Below are positions 20,781 to 38,517 of a stretch of 64,000 nt of DNA, one piece after another. Source of the stretch: the human T2T-CHM13v2.0 reference genome, Homo sapiens. The first letter of the stretch is position 1; every line of letters begins with the position of its first letter. The notes below the pieces were generated by a model. It was not told where the DNA came from and ran no database searches. It saw nothing but the letters and a program-made list of their open reading frames with translations. The position numbers and the translations under genes were made by a program. The stretch is from assembly GCF_009914755.1 (NCBI RefSeq), contig NC_060928.1; one strand, given 5' to 3'.

Positions 20781-21309
20781 CATACCTACACTTTTTGAAT
20801 CTTTTGGTATCTATGCTACTTAAACCACAATGGTTTACCTTAATAATGGTAACTTAAATACCTTTATTCTGATGGAACACTATGTATAGTCTATATATAG
20901 TAGAAATATCATTGATCTGTCACAACATTCCGTTATTACTTGGTCCTTATTACCAATGTTTGAGAATTGGAATATAGTAATAGTTGAATGAATAGGGAGT
21001 TCAAGGTATGGTGGTCTTGTGACCACGAGAAAGAAAGAAAGTGAATAATTCTTCAACAAAAAGTATTTATCACTTGCCTACTCCTGATAATATTGGGCCT
21101 TGTGCTAGACATAGGAGAGGTGATGATACTAGCATGAAAAGCATGCAGTTCCAGCCTACCAGAAGTTTACAGTTACATGGCATAGAACAAAGTCAAAAGA
21201 GGTAAGTATAATGCAATGTGCTAAAATGCTGCTTTAGGAGTAAATACAAGGTGCGATAGGATCATATAAGGGGACACTAACCAAAGCCTGGGGTCCTGGA
21301 GAATTTTTA

Positions 21310-21795
<486 letters not shown>

Positions 21796-23445
21796 TTAAG
21801 TATGAGAAATGAGAACAAATGCTGTTCATGAAGGTGAGCCCAACTAGAGATAAAATTGATTTCTGTTATAAAAGTAGAAATGTCTCACTTATTTTAGGAT
21901 TTAGGTTGTTTTACAATATAATTTCAAAAGCAAACTTTCTCCCTAGTATTTTTTCAGAATCCATATGCACATACCTATTAACAGTGGTTGGGAAAGGGAA
22001 ATATAGATGGACAGATGGCAAGATCTAGCAATTTTATCATAAATTTTATGTGTATTGGGTTTCTTCCAATCTTCTTCCATTATAATTTTATGTAAACATA
22101 TTATTCAGTTTAAAGTTAAGGTGTGTCAATGGCCCTCCTGGCCTGACTAGGAATAAATCAGTTATTAGAGCAAAGCAACTATGAGCATGTAATTATGAAT
22201 ACCCTAGGACTTATACACTCATAAATCATAGGACTCAAAAGCTAACTATTATTTTACTGTATATGTTAATGATGGTATTTAAAAATTCTAAACATAAAAC
22301 AAAAATATTTGGGCTTTTATTCAGTATTCTTTACTGTATACCTAAAAATTATGAATTTGACTATGTATAAATTAGGCCTTAATAAACTTGACTTTCAAAA
22401 AATCTTATTAAAAAACAAAAACCTTCAATTAGGTATTTACACACATGTAATTTTCATAAATGCATAAATGTAACTACACTTGTCTTTTAGAGCATTATTT
22501 TTACTGTTCTGCTTGGCTTTTCCCCATTCTTCTCTTTTTTCACACCTCCAGCCATATTTTTCTACCTTCAAATGATAACAAATGGAATACATAGTATTAT
22601 TCCATATTTTTCTCTAAGCATTTTTAATAACGTACTAACATGTTTACACATATACTCATGTATTTATATAAGTCCTGGTCATTGTTGGTTTAAAAAATAG
22701 GATTACATTATAAATACTTTCTGTGTCTTGCTTTTTAATATTCTGCAAACACATCGTAGAAATCCTTCCATAGCACCTTGTATAGCTCTAGTAGATTCAT
22801 TTTAATGGTTCCATAATGTTTCCTGGCAGGAACACATCATCATTCTATGACTGATGAACATTACCACTATTTCCAATTTGATGTCACAATAAACAATGAT
22901 GCACTGAGTATTCTTGTATTTTAATCCGAAATTTTTATTTCTCTTGGATAGATTCCTGGGAATGGAATTGCTGGACCAAAAGACATCTATGTATTTTTTA
23001 ATTTGAATAGATGTTGCTTTTGAAAAAGGCTATAACATTTTCCTGTTTCCACTAGCAATATGTGAGAGTACACTTCTCCATACATCTCCACCAGCAATAG
23101 ATATTAAGTATTGCCAGACATTTAATAGATATAAAGCAGTATGCCCCTCATTTTATTTTGTACTCACCACTAATGAGTTTGGGTATTTTTCATATGCTGT
23201 TGGACATATATATTTGTACTATTTTGCATTGCCTCTTCAGATGCCATCTATTTTTATTTTGCACACGCTATTCTTTTCTAGTTAAATCATTAGAGAAGCA
23301 TCTGTATAATTTTAAACATTAACTGTTTGTCCCCCATGTTCCAATTTTTTCCAAATTTGTCAGTCTTTTCTTGGCTTTGTGAATGGTGTTTTTTCTCATA
23401 CAAAGCTACTTTTAAATGCTTCATATAAACCAAATGTCTAACTTT

Positions 23446-23570
23446 ACATATATATATATATACGTATATAAGTATATATATGCATATATATACACATATA
23501 TGTATATATACACACACACATATATGTGTATATATATACGTCTATGTGTATACATATATACACATATGTA
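23446..23570. repeat. Compound (TA)n/(CA)n/(TG)n alternating purine-pyrimidine microsatellite
   Basis: About 125 bp of tacatatatatatatatacgtatataagtatatatatgcatatatatacac... Confidence 0.9.
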
Positions 23571-23933
23571 TTCTGGATTTAATAAGTTGGTTAAAAATTC
23601 CTTCCTTATATGTATTACATATGCTCCCCTGGTTTTTCTTATAGGGATTTTATTATTTTATTTTAAACTATTTAGTCCAACTGAAAATTATTTTTTTTTC
23701 TTTTTTTTTTTTTTAATTTTTTTTTTTTATTATACTTTAAGTTTTAGGGTACATGTGCACATTGTGCAGGTTAGTTACATAGGTATACATGTGCCATGCT
23801 GGTGCGCTGCACCCACTAACGTGTCATCTAGCATTAGGTATATCTCCCAATGCTATCCCTCCTCCCTCCCCCAACCCCACCACAGTCCCCAGAGTGTGAT
23901 ATTCCCCTTCCTGTGTCCATGTGATCTCATTGT

Positions 23934-27757
<3,824 letters not shown>

Positions 27758-27820
27758 TATGATGTTAGCTGGTTATTTTGCTTGTTAGTTGATGCAGTTT
27801 CTTCCTAGTCTCGATGGGCT

Positions 27821-28837
27821 TTACATTTTGGCATGATTTTGCAGCGGCTGGTACCGGTTGTTCCTTTCCATGTTTAGCGCTTCCTTCAGGAGCTCTTTTA
27901 GGGCAGGCCTGGTGGTGACAAAATCTCTCAGCATTTGCTTGTCTATAAAGTATTTTATTTCTCCTTCACTTATGAAGCTTAGTTTGGCTGGATATGAAAT
28001 TCTGGGTTGAAAATTCTTTTCTTTAAGAATGTTGAATATTGGCCCCCACTCTCTTCTGGCTTGTAGGGTTTCTGCCAAGAGATCCGCTGTTAGTCTGATG
28101 GGCTTCCCTTTGAGGGTAACCCGACCTTTCTCTCTGGCTGCCCTTAACATTTTTTCCTTCATTTCAACTTTGGTGAATCTGACAATTATGTGTCTTGGAG
28201 TTGCTCTTCTCGAGGAGTATCTTTGTGGCGTTCTCTGTATTTCCTGAATCTGAACGTTGGCCTGCCTTGCTAGATTGGGGAAGTTCTCCAGGATAATATC
28301 CTGCAGAGTGTTTTCCAACTTGGTTCCATTCTCCACATCACTTTCAGGTACACCAATCAGACGTAGATTTGGTCTTTTCACATACTCCCATATTTCTTGG
28401 AGGCTTTGCTCATTTCTTTTTATTCTTTTTTCTCTAAACTTCCCTTCTCGCTTCATTTCATTCATTTCATCTTCCATTGCTGATACCCTTTCTTCCAGTT
28501 GATTGCATCGGCTCCTGAGGCTTCTGCATTCTTCACGTAGTTCTCGAGCCTTGGTTTTCAGGTCCATCAGCTCCTTTAAACACTTCTCTGTATTGGTTAT
28601 TCTAGTTATACATTCTTCTAAATTTTTTTCAAAGTTTTCAACTTCTTTGCCTTTGGTTTGAATGTCCTCCCGTAGCTCAGAGTAATTTGATCGTCTGAAG
28701 CCTTCTTCTCTCAGCTCGTCAAAATCATTCTCCATCCAGCTTTGTTCTGTTGCTGGTGAGGAGCTGCGTTCCTTTGGAGGAGGAGAGGCGCTCTGCGTTT
28801 TAGAGTTTCCAGTTTTTCTGTTCTGTTTTTTCCCCAT
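27821..28837 (-). CDS. L1 ORF1p (338 aa, intact) of L1-B
   Basis: Full-length ORF MGKKQNRK...QNHAKM with REKG, ARR and YPAKLS intact. Confidence 0.9.
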   Translation of the reverse strand: MGKKQNRKTGNSKTQSASPPPKERSSSPATEQSWMENDFDELREEGFRRSNYSELREDIQTKGKEVENFEKNLEECITRITNTEKCLKELMDLKTKARELREECRSLRSRCNQLEERVSAMEDEMNEMKREGKFREKRIKRNEQSLQEIWEYVKRPNLRLIGVPESDVENGTKLENTLQDIILENFPNLARQANVQIQEIQRTPQRYSSRRATPRHIIVRFTKVEMKEKMLRAAREKGRVTLKGKPIRLTADLLAETLQARREWGPIFNILKEKNFQPRISYPAKLSFISEGEIKYFIDKQMLRDFVTTRPALKELLKEALNMERNNRYQPLQNHAKM

Positions 28838-29743
28838 CTTTGTGGTTTTATCTACTTTTGGTCTTTGATGATGGTGATGTACAGATGGGTTTTCGGTGTA
28901 GATGTCCTTTCTGGTTGTTAGTTTTCCTTCTAACAGACAGGACCCTCAGCTGCAGGTCTGTTGGAATACCCTGCCGTGTGAGGTGTCAGTGTGCCCCTGC
29001 TGGGGGGTGCCTCCCAGTTAGGCTGCTCGGGGGTCAGGGGTCAGGGACCCACTTGAGGAGGCAGTCTGCCCGTTCTCAGATCTCCAGCTGCTTGCTGGGA
29101 GAACCACTGCTCTCTTCAAAGCTGTCAGACAGGGACACTTAAGTCTGCAGAGGTTACTGCTGTCTTTTTGTTTGTGTGTGCCCTGCCCCAAGACGTGGAG
29201 CCTACAGAGGCAGGCAGGCCTCCTTGAGCTGTGGTGGGCTCCACCCAGTTCGAGCTTCCAGGCTGCTTTGTTTACCTAAGCAAGCCTGGGCAATGGCGGG
29301 CGCCCCTCCCCCAGCCTAGTTGCCGCCTTGCAGTTTGATCTCAGACTGCTGTGCTAGCAATCAGCGAGATTCCGTGGGCGTAGGACCCTCTGAGCCAGGT
29401 GTGGGATATAGTCTCGTGGTGCGCCGTTTTTTAAGCCGGTCTGAAAAGCGCAATATTCGGGTGGGAGTGACCCGATTTTCCAGGTGCGTCCGTCACCCCT
29501 TTCTTTGACTGGGAAAGGGAACTCCCTGACCCCTTGCGCTTCCCAGGTGAGGCAATGCCTCGCCCTGCTTCAGCTCGCGCACGGTGCGTGCACCCACTGG
29601 CCTGCGCCCACTGTCTGGCACTCCCTAGTGGGATGAACCTGGTACCTCAGATGGAAATGCAGAAATCACCCGTCTTCTGCGTCGCTCACGCTGGGAGCTG
29701 TAGACCGGAGCTGTTCCTATTCGGCCATCTTGGCTCCTCCCCC
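28838..29743. promoter_or_regulatory. L1-B 5'UTR CpG-rich bidirectional promoter (antisense promoter points toward the GRID2 exon)
   Basis: Intact YY1 site cggccatcttgg and many CpGs retained. ORF0 ATG at 29293 with TCG>TAG at 29317; ORF0 splice donors ccag|gtgtgg (29399) and ccag|gtgcgt (29484). Confidence 0.72.
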
Positions 29744-30858
29744 CTGAAAATTATTATTTAGAGTACAAAATGATTTGATTTTATTTTCTTCCTGTCAATT
29801 ATGCCAACAACATTCATTAAAAAGTGACCAGCTTTTTAGATAGACAACCCAGAACACAAATGCATCAGATCAAAACCCATAAAATATAGTGTGTAATAAT
29901 AATTATATATGTTTTATTACTTTAACATAAAAACATGAAATAGTCATTTATTTAAAATTATATATTATTCTGTATTATTTATTTTTATTACAAAATGCTA
30001 TATAAACAACAGGACGAGTTAACAGGGTCAATAAGTAGTAACTGATAGTAGTACTAATTAAATAATAGATGTGACAAAAGTATAACAATATTTTAATAAG
30101 GTTTTTTTTCTGTCCTCTGATACAGCAGTTATTTTTAACTCTTTGCTGACACCGTGCTGGATATTTACATTTGTAGTGTGTATTTAAGACATATAAGTGT
30201 GAAACTTTTTAAAAGGGGAACATAAATACTACAGGACTAATTTAACAGATATTAACTGTATTAAATAACAACAGCAATAACATGTTCTTTTCTGTCCCCA
30301 AATATAGTAGGACAATTTTACTCTTTCTTCTCCGATAATACTTCAATGAATTGCCTGTAATTTTTGGGGCTTCCTTTTCTTTTATTCAGTTGTAGAACTG
30401 AATATAGTCAAACATAAAATGCACTTTGGTGTGCAATGCTGCTCTTATCAAGCCTGCATTACGTTGATTCTGGTGTCATTCCAATGTGATGACACCAAGC
30501 TAAATATACTCTTAACAAGCATTTGACTATAAAATGAGAGTTCAATTATTAGCAATAATGTTTTTCAACTCATAGAAATTAGTTCCAGCTCTCCAAAAAG
30601 ATGTCCATACTCTTTGATTCTACAAGCTTTCTTTTAAAGGCCAGGCTTTTGTCAATCGTCTTTGCATCTATAAATTCATCATATAAGCTAAATATATCTA
30701 AGGTGTCCACCATTTTTAAACACTCTGAAGCACTTTGGATGTTATTATAAGTGAAATCTCTCTTAGGAAAATGATTTTAAAGCACAAGAGTAATTTGAAT
30801 TTTGTGAAATTGGTGCTAGATTCTAAAGTTACAGTTTTAGTAAAGAAATAGAGAAAGT

Positions 30859-31057
30859 CTTTATAGTAGCATGATTTATAATCCTTTGGGTATATACCCA
30901 GCAATGGGATCACTGGGTCAAATGGTATTTCTAGCTCTAGATCCTGGAGAAATCAACACACTGTCTTCCACAATGGTTGAACTAATTTATACTCCAATAA
31001 ATATGTACAATTATTATGTGCTAATAATAAAAGGCCTTCACCCCAAAAAAAAAAAAA
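30859..31057 (+). mobile_element. Short 5'-inverted L1 insertion (inverted L1PA ORF2 fragment + non-colinear tail + poly(A))
   Basis: 30859-30995 is reverse-oriented L1 ORF2 sequence ([14 protein letters not shown]), then about 50 bp ending in AATAAA...A15. Degenerate 17-bp TSD (14/17) at 30842-30858 and 31058-31074. Confidence 0.62.
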
Positions 31058-31666
31058 AAGGAAATTGAGGAAGTTCTGTGTAACTTGGCTACCTTGTTGT
31101 GGTGACTTACTGTTTTATTTTTTATTTTTATTGTTTCGTAGTAAAAAAGTTTTGAAGTAGTTGTATTTTTTTAATGTGTCATTGTTTCACTCTGAGTTTT
31201 TGTTACAATCTACACATACCATCAAACAACACAGGTGCAGTCAGTTCATCCTTTTTTATACTCCTATGGTTTTTTTCAAAAATCATCAAGCAAGTTTGGA
31301 AATATAGTATATAAATTTTTATTTTACTGTATTCTTTTCTGCATTGTCACTCAATGTATTTCCAAATTAGAGAAGGACATTTCTTCTTGTCTCACACTTT
31401 GAAAATGGTTTTATGATAGTCCAACATTTTAGCCATTCATAGTCATCTTGTAGTCATATGTCTAAAGGAGCTAGTTATCTCCTTCCATCTCTATTAAGTA
31501 AAAATCCTCAAGTTTTTCTGCACATTTTGAGGTAACTGAAAAGTGATCAAAAATTTTAATTATGAAAGCTTTAATATCACAGGTAAGCAATGTTGTACAC
31601 AAGCTGTGCAGTTCATTTTGCAGGTAAGATCTTTTAATTTTCTTAGATAAGAAGTTTATAGACTAA

Positions 31667-32036
31667 GGCCGGGCACAGTGGCTCTCGCCTATAATTTCAG
31701 CACATTGGGAAGCCAAGGCACGCAGATCACTTGAAGCCAGGAGCTCGAGACCCGCCTGTCCAACATTGCAAAACCCTGTCTCTACCAAAAATAATACAAA
31801 AATTAGACCAGTGTGATGGTGCACACCTGTAGTCCCAGCTACTCAGGAGGTTGAGGCAGGAAAATGGTTTGAACCCTGGAGGTGGAGGCTGCAGTGGTCT
31901 CAGACGAGCTACTGCATTACAGCCTGGGCAACAGAATGAGACTCTGTTGCCCAGGCTGTAATAAATATAAATATTTATTTTTATAAATATTTATAAAATA
32001 AATATTTTATTATATTTATAAAATAAATATAAAAAA
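31667..32036 (+). mobile_element. AluJ-like SINE with a rearranged palindromic tail
   Basis: Alu body 31667-31948; TSD aagtttatagactaa at 31652-31666 and 32037-32051. Confidence 0.88.
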
Positions 32037-32182
32037 AAGTTTATAGACTAAACAAAACTTGCTTAAATTTACACTTGCAATGTCTATAGAATATGCAGGT
32101 AGAGGGCAAGTATCTGGACAAAATATCAGTAAACTTTTGCTTTATGTTTTCTGCAGTTTTATTAAAATATTCATAAAAATCA

Positions 32183-32409
32183 GTGAGGCGATCGAGACCA
32201 TCCTGGCTAACATAGTGAAACCCCATCTCTACTAAACAAAATACAAAAAATTAGCCAGGCGTGGTGGTGGGCGCCTGTAGTCCCAGCTACTCGGGAGGCT
32301 GAGGCGAGAATGGCGTGAACCCGGGAGGTGGAGCTTGCGTGAGCTAAGATCATGCCACTACACTCCAGCCTGGGCGACAGAATGAGATTCCATCTCAAAA
32401 AAAAAAAAA
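32183..32409 (+). mobile_element. 5'-truncated AluY-type SINE
   Basis: Starts at gatcgagaccatcctggctaac; poly(A); TSD attcataaaaatca at 32169-32182 and 32410-32423. Confidence 0.88.
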
Positions 32410-35400
32410 ATTCATAAAAATCAAGAAGATGATTTGAAGCTCCATTTTTAAAATAAAAGTACCTAAAAGCTAGATGAATCAGTTTTTGTTGCCATTATTT
32501 GACACAAAACTTTACTGCAGAAAACATTCAAGTAAGATCTGAAAGAATCAGCTCTATAGAGTAAGAGGCCAACACGTCTGTTAGCAAAATTTTGTCCTTT
32601 TGTTTTCCCACGGCACATTTTATTTGAAACCTAGTAATGAGGAAAAGTAGCTTCATTCCATTTTATAGAGCTATCAGGGGAATGGTACAATAATGTATGT
32701 TTCTTGATGTGGTATGCCCAAACTAACTCATAGCCACTGTTTTTAACTGTGCATTGGTGTCTTTTGGGAGACACAGAATCTTTTGATTGATTTAGAAGTA
32801 TTCCCTGTCTTATTCCAAACTATGAGATTCAGTCTGCATATGTGTTTTTACATCGTTTTCCTCCATCATACCCAATTGCAAATTTCTTTTCTGCAGATTG
32901 TGCAGTAGTTTGTCTTGGTTATTTGCCTCCCTGATCCAGTTATTTCTGTCCTTCCATCTGTAATAAGATAACAGTGTCATTTAGCCTTATTTTTCAGCGA
33001 TATTCGGGTCATGCTGGCATTGGTATTATAATCATTCTCATTTTTATTATCTGAACTCTCAGAAAAAAACCAGTATCGAAAGTTAAATTAACATTATCTT
33101 GGTATCGAGATGATACCAAGAAAACCGTTAATCCACAGACAAAGGACTGTTAATACTCATGAATACAATGTGCTTAAGTAACACACTTAAGCCTCAGCAC
33201 TCACAGCAGTGCAACAAGGGGTGATTCATTATTGTGAACAGCAAATCACAGTTGCCAACATCAGCAGTCAGGAGGAAAAACAGTGACAGCAACTGTGGGA
33301 AACATAATCTATGCCATATCCATCTGCTACAAAAACAGTGTTGCTTTCAGCTATTTTTTGAGCCGTGGTATGGGTTTGATACTACGCCCCCTAACCTTCT
33401 GTACCCATTGCCAAAAACCTGGATTTGTTGCCTCCCTGAAAGTTTACTCATGACATGGGGCTTTTGTGCTATGACTGGGCATTGGAGGCAAACCTGGGCA
33501 ATTGTCACCCTAGCTCTTCCTATTAAGCTTACATTTATGAGCATTTCCGTCAATTCATCTATTCAATACTTTGGTTGAGAAACTGGGGCTGGATTATTTG
33601 TTGTAGCCTCAAAGATTTTTTTGGTCTCACTTGAATCCAGTTAAGTGCTCTTCTTACTTTTCTGTTAGAATTGTAATCTTCCACACTGCTGTTTCCCTGG
33701 AGTGTATTCTACTTGTTCTAATTTATTTTTCCCTTTCCGACTGTGGAACTCACTACATGGATTATTCTTTTTCTTCGTCAGCTCATGAGGATTCAGGTCT
33801 AGTTGTTGAAGTAGCCTAGGGACTGGCAGTCTTGCTAATTGTAGAAGGTAAAATATCCTCTCTTCCTGTGGGCCAGAACAAACAAGGTGACTCCATTCCC
33901 CTCCTGAGACACACAGAAGCAGCTAAGGGCTCTCCAGTCTTCTGGTCTGACCCAAGGCACAGGACTCCAGGATAGGGAGGTCTCTGTCCATCCATTCAAC
34001 TCTTTCTGGCCAGTTTAAAGGCAACAGAACATGTATATTAATGGTAACAAATATCTAAGGAAGGAAGTCCGGAGGACTTGGGAGCCACAGATCTCTGTGA
34101 ACCAAGCTTTCCTCAAACTTAGTTTCTTCCTTGCCTTCCCTGCAGGTTGCACTTGTTTTCGCAGACACACCCAGCCTGAAGGAGAGAATCACCAGTTCTT
34201 TTCCCACATGCTCTACCTAGAGCCCCAACCTTTCTAACCTTCTGTCTTCCAGAGCCCAGCAGCCATTTGTTTCAAGAAAAAGTTGGCAGCGGAGGGTAAA
34301 GAAGCTACATTCAGTTTTCTATTTTCCTAGAATGCTTTTAAAAACTTTAAAAAATATATTTAGTATTCCTGATAATCTCCAAAAGAACAGGCAAGAAATA
34401 AGATTTAGAGGTGGGCATAACACTTCTTTTCTAGGTTAAAAAATTGATTTTTTTAAAAAAGTTGATGTTTATTTTAAATACATTCATATATTCTTTTTGA
34501 AAGTTTGTGCCCTATGATAACTATGTCAGAGCACAAATTAAAATTTTGACAAAATAACAGATAAATTATCATAGGCCAACAATTAAGGTAGCAGTAAACA
34601 AAACCATATATATTTTAAAGTCAGTCTTAAGTACTTAAACTTGAGTTTGATCATGATTTATTGTGCTGTATAAATTCAGAAGAATTGATGAATGCTGCTA
34701 AATTATTAATTTGCCCAAAGTGTGAGAGGCTACCGCCCAGAACCATGTGTTATAAATATTAAAGCCATCCCATCTTTAGGACTTATGTGGGCAATGAATT
34801 ATAAGGACCACTGTAAATCAATTCTGGGTTAATCATAACTCTTTGCGCCTGTGATTCACAATCACATTATCCCCCACTGACCATTAGTTAAAATTGGAAA
34901 GAAGTTTGCAGCTTAGTGGGCAAGGCTAGAATTTATTTCCCTCACATTATTCTCAGGCCTTTTCATTTTTATTTGATGAGGAAAAATAGATTTTCATTAT
35001 TCAAGCTTTATTTTAATTTTCAAAAGCTCTGCTTTGTTTCATTCCTAAGAATCAGAAATGCTTAGAGAGCAATGGCTACAAAATCAACAGGCCTCGAGGG
35101 TCCAGAGTCATATAAACCAAATATTCATTTTTTCCAATGATCTTGAGAAGTAAGCAACCTTTTTCTTAAAAGCCCAATTTTTTTTTACCTTAATACCGTG
35201 ATCATATAGAACTGAGGAAGCTGCATGCTTTCTGTGGCCCTTGCCGTAAACTACATAGCATTATATTTCTTTACGTAACTGTTGTTTCTCAAACTCCATA
35301 GGCTATACCTTACAGGCAAAGGCTATTCTATGTCACATGCTTTTGCATTCCTATGGAGAATCTCCCAGAAATTTATATTTAATGTAGTGCAAAGAGCATA

Positions 35401-37799
35401 GGAAGATAGCCTTGATCTCACATTCCAAATCTACCGCAAATCATTGGTATGACTTAGAGCAAGTTACAATTACCTCACCTGTGAATTAGATATCGTATCA
35501 GCTGTCTCACAGTGTTGTAAAGAACAAATAAATGTGTATGTAAATGGCATTTTTAGCAGTTGAAACATGTTTGGTAAATGTTATCTATTATCATAAGAAA
35601 TAAATGGAGGACAGAGGGAGGATTTTCTTTAGCAAAGGAAATTCCTATCTAACCCTTTTGGTTTAATGTCACTTTTCCATAATTGTTCCCACTGAATGTT
35701 TTTTAATAAGAAAGGATCATCACTTCTGTGTCTCTGAAGCCATAGATTTTGGAGTGAGCTTTTAAGAAATTTACTAAATTAAAGATTCATGTGAGAAAGA
35801 GTATTGTCCTCCCGATTCAAATCAAAATTGGTGAGATAAAAGGTAGCGATAAGTCTGTTTGTGGCATGGACTTCTGTAGTTAGTACAGGAGGCTGCTACC
35901 TAATGAATTAAAAAGCAAAGTGCTTTCAGCATCAGCTCATGATGGAGATGTCAGAACAGGAGCATACAGGACACAAGTAATCTATATACAAATAGAAATG
36001 TGTCATAATCCCTAACATGTTGAGGAACATAGGTGCAGGTTTTGAAAATGCACTTTCCCATTCTTCACTTTACTTGGCAAGAAATGCAAATATTCAAGAA
36101 AATAACATTGAATATTTACAGTTCTTCACCTGACAAATGGAAAATTTCAAAAAGTTTTAGGCTAGAGGAATGTGCATAAACGAGAAATGGTCTCCAAAGC
36201 ATATCTATGTTTTCAATTGGTTAGGTACTATTGATAAGGAATTTAAATATTTGGGGTTTTCTTATACAGCTATTTCAGTTACCAGAATATTTGAGACTTG
36301 TCCTGATTCCTTCCAACAAAAATTAATTTCCCTTTTCTTTTACGACTTTAAACAAAATCTGTTCATATGATCCTTACCATAATGTGATTCGTGTTACAAC
36401 AATTTTGTACTTGACTTATCTCCACTACTGAGTTGTAAGCAGCTTGATGATGGGGGCCCAAGTCTTACCTTTATATTCCTTATAGACTTAACCTTCAGGA
36501 TTTTAGAGTTAATGTGTAATGATTGTTAGTAAAATTGAATTTAAACAACAACTGTTAAAGAAAAATATAGAAATGGGAACAAAACCTAGCTCCTAGTGTT
36601 ATCTGGGAAGTGAGAAATTTATCACGGGGAGTCTATTGATATCTCAGGCACTATTACGAGGACACAGGTGCTGAGCCTCAATAGTTACCAATGTCAATCA
36701 ATAACCATAGCATCCTAGCATCTCTACTTTGGGGTCTGGAGATTGAAAACACTAGAGGTAGATATCACTTTGGATTATTTTTCTTCCTCATAATGAGACC
36801 TGGAATATGCTGACATGAAGCTCCCAGATTCACTTTTGCTTTCTTCTGTTTAACCTAGTATGAAGGACTCTGCTGGTGTGGAATCCATTAGTAAATAAAT
36901 CAATGGCATGTGATTCAGTTGCCTGTCTAAACATGGCCTCAAGAACAGGGCTAGTTGAAAAATTTTAAGAAAACTCCATTACCTAGTCAGATGGATTGAA
37001 AATTTTTAGGCCAGTCCTTCAATTATTATTCTGTTGAAAGGTGACTTCAGACTTTGTTGATGAGTATTTTATAGAGTTTTCATTTGATGGTTAAAGACCA
37101 TTCAAAAGGCAGTGATTATATGTTTTAATTGATGAAAAAGGCCAGGGCCATTTTTAAAAGCTAAAATAGTTTGGGTTACTATGCAACCTTTCATTGCCAT
37201 TGCTACAGGCTATAATCACACTGTTTTAATGATTCTCTTTTTAAAAATCCATTCATAATTCTTTGGAACATTAGTATTGCAAGAGACAGCATATATAATG
37301 GCAAGGATAATGTTACTATACATTTAAGTAGAGCTCTACAGTTCACAAAGCATTGACAACAATGCTAGAAAACTTTTCTAACAGCAAAGCAATATGTCGC
37401 CTACTGGGGAGGTCCCTTGAGGTTTGTAAAGAAGCTGCCAGGGGATCCAGGAGGCCAGACTAACAGTTTAAAACAGAAGATAATCACAAAAATCAAAGTA
37501 GGTTGTTAGAGGAAGCTTCAAGGTCACTGCTACTCCCAATCACTGTAAATTTAGACCTAGGGAGCTATAAGCAGGTCTGCAAGTTGGTTGCAAAGATCAG
37601 AGAAAAGAAGGAAACTATGGAATAACTCTGTGGGTGAGAAATCAATGCAGACGAAACCTAACCAAGTGTTTTTCCTTCTCTCACACTAACACTCCAAGCA
37701 TCTCCTAGTTTTATAATTATATCAAGCCCCACGTATATAAAATTGTTTCCGATGATATTACTCATTTTTTTATCATCAGCATCATTAGTAATAAAAAAG

Positions 37800-37970
37800 T
37801 GGTGTGCATAAGCTGTCAGGATTGTTAAAATGCATACTCCCAGGCCTTAAACATCAAACATCATCATGCAGTAACTTTGGGATTAGATCTAGAATCTACA
37901 TTTCTAACACAAAAATCCCCTAGTAATTCTAATGGTGGTAGTCTTCGCATCACATTGTGAGAAACACTGA
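37800..37970. mobile_element. MER5-type hAT MITE
   Basis: ttgttaaaatgcatactcccaggcc...gaatctacatttctaaca...tgagaaacactg. Confidence 0.6.
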
Positions 37971-38517
37971 CCGATAGCACCTAAACTAGGGTCTAGGGTA
38001 CCACAGACACTCCATGAGTAATACTTGAATTAAATGCTTTCTTTAGGGAAAAAACTTTTGTCTGTTTCAATACCTCATGGTTTGGTTGGGGTTCACCTCA
38101 ACAAAAGACAGTAAGTATCCACTGAGCACAGTTAACTGGACTGAAGGTTTTAGGCCATTCATTGTTTCATACAAAACTTTTTATTGGGTATCCAATATTG
38201 GTGGGATCTAAGCAAATTTATTAAAAGGCAACAATTAAATATTTCTTCTATATTTGCTTCCTTTACCTTTATGTTTTGATATTCCATTCTTTTTTCAGTA
38301 CCAAAAAAAGTCTCGCATGTTCTTCTAGTTTTTCTTTTCTTAAAACTTGGTCTTTAAAAAATTATATTTAATTTATTCCACTACGGAAATTTATTTTGTG
38401 TGATGTGACATAGTGCTCTAATATTGACATTTTTGCAATAATCACCTGTCTCACGTTTTTTGAATATTTCATATTTACCACACTGATTTGATTTATCGAC
38501 TTTCTAATACAGTCTTT

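Noticed and set aside
29293-29508. Intact L1 ORF0 or an in-frame ORF0-GRID2 fusion
   Set aside because: TAG at codon 9 (29317); L1-A ORF0 stops at codon 25 (10106); the donor phases do not match the exon's phase 0.
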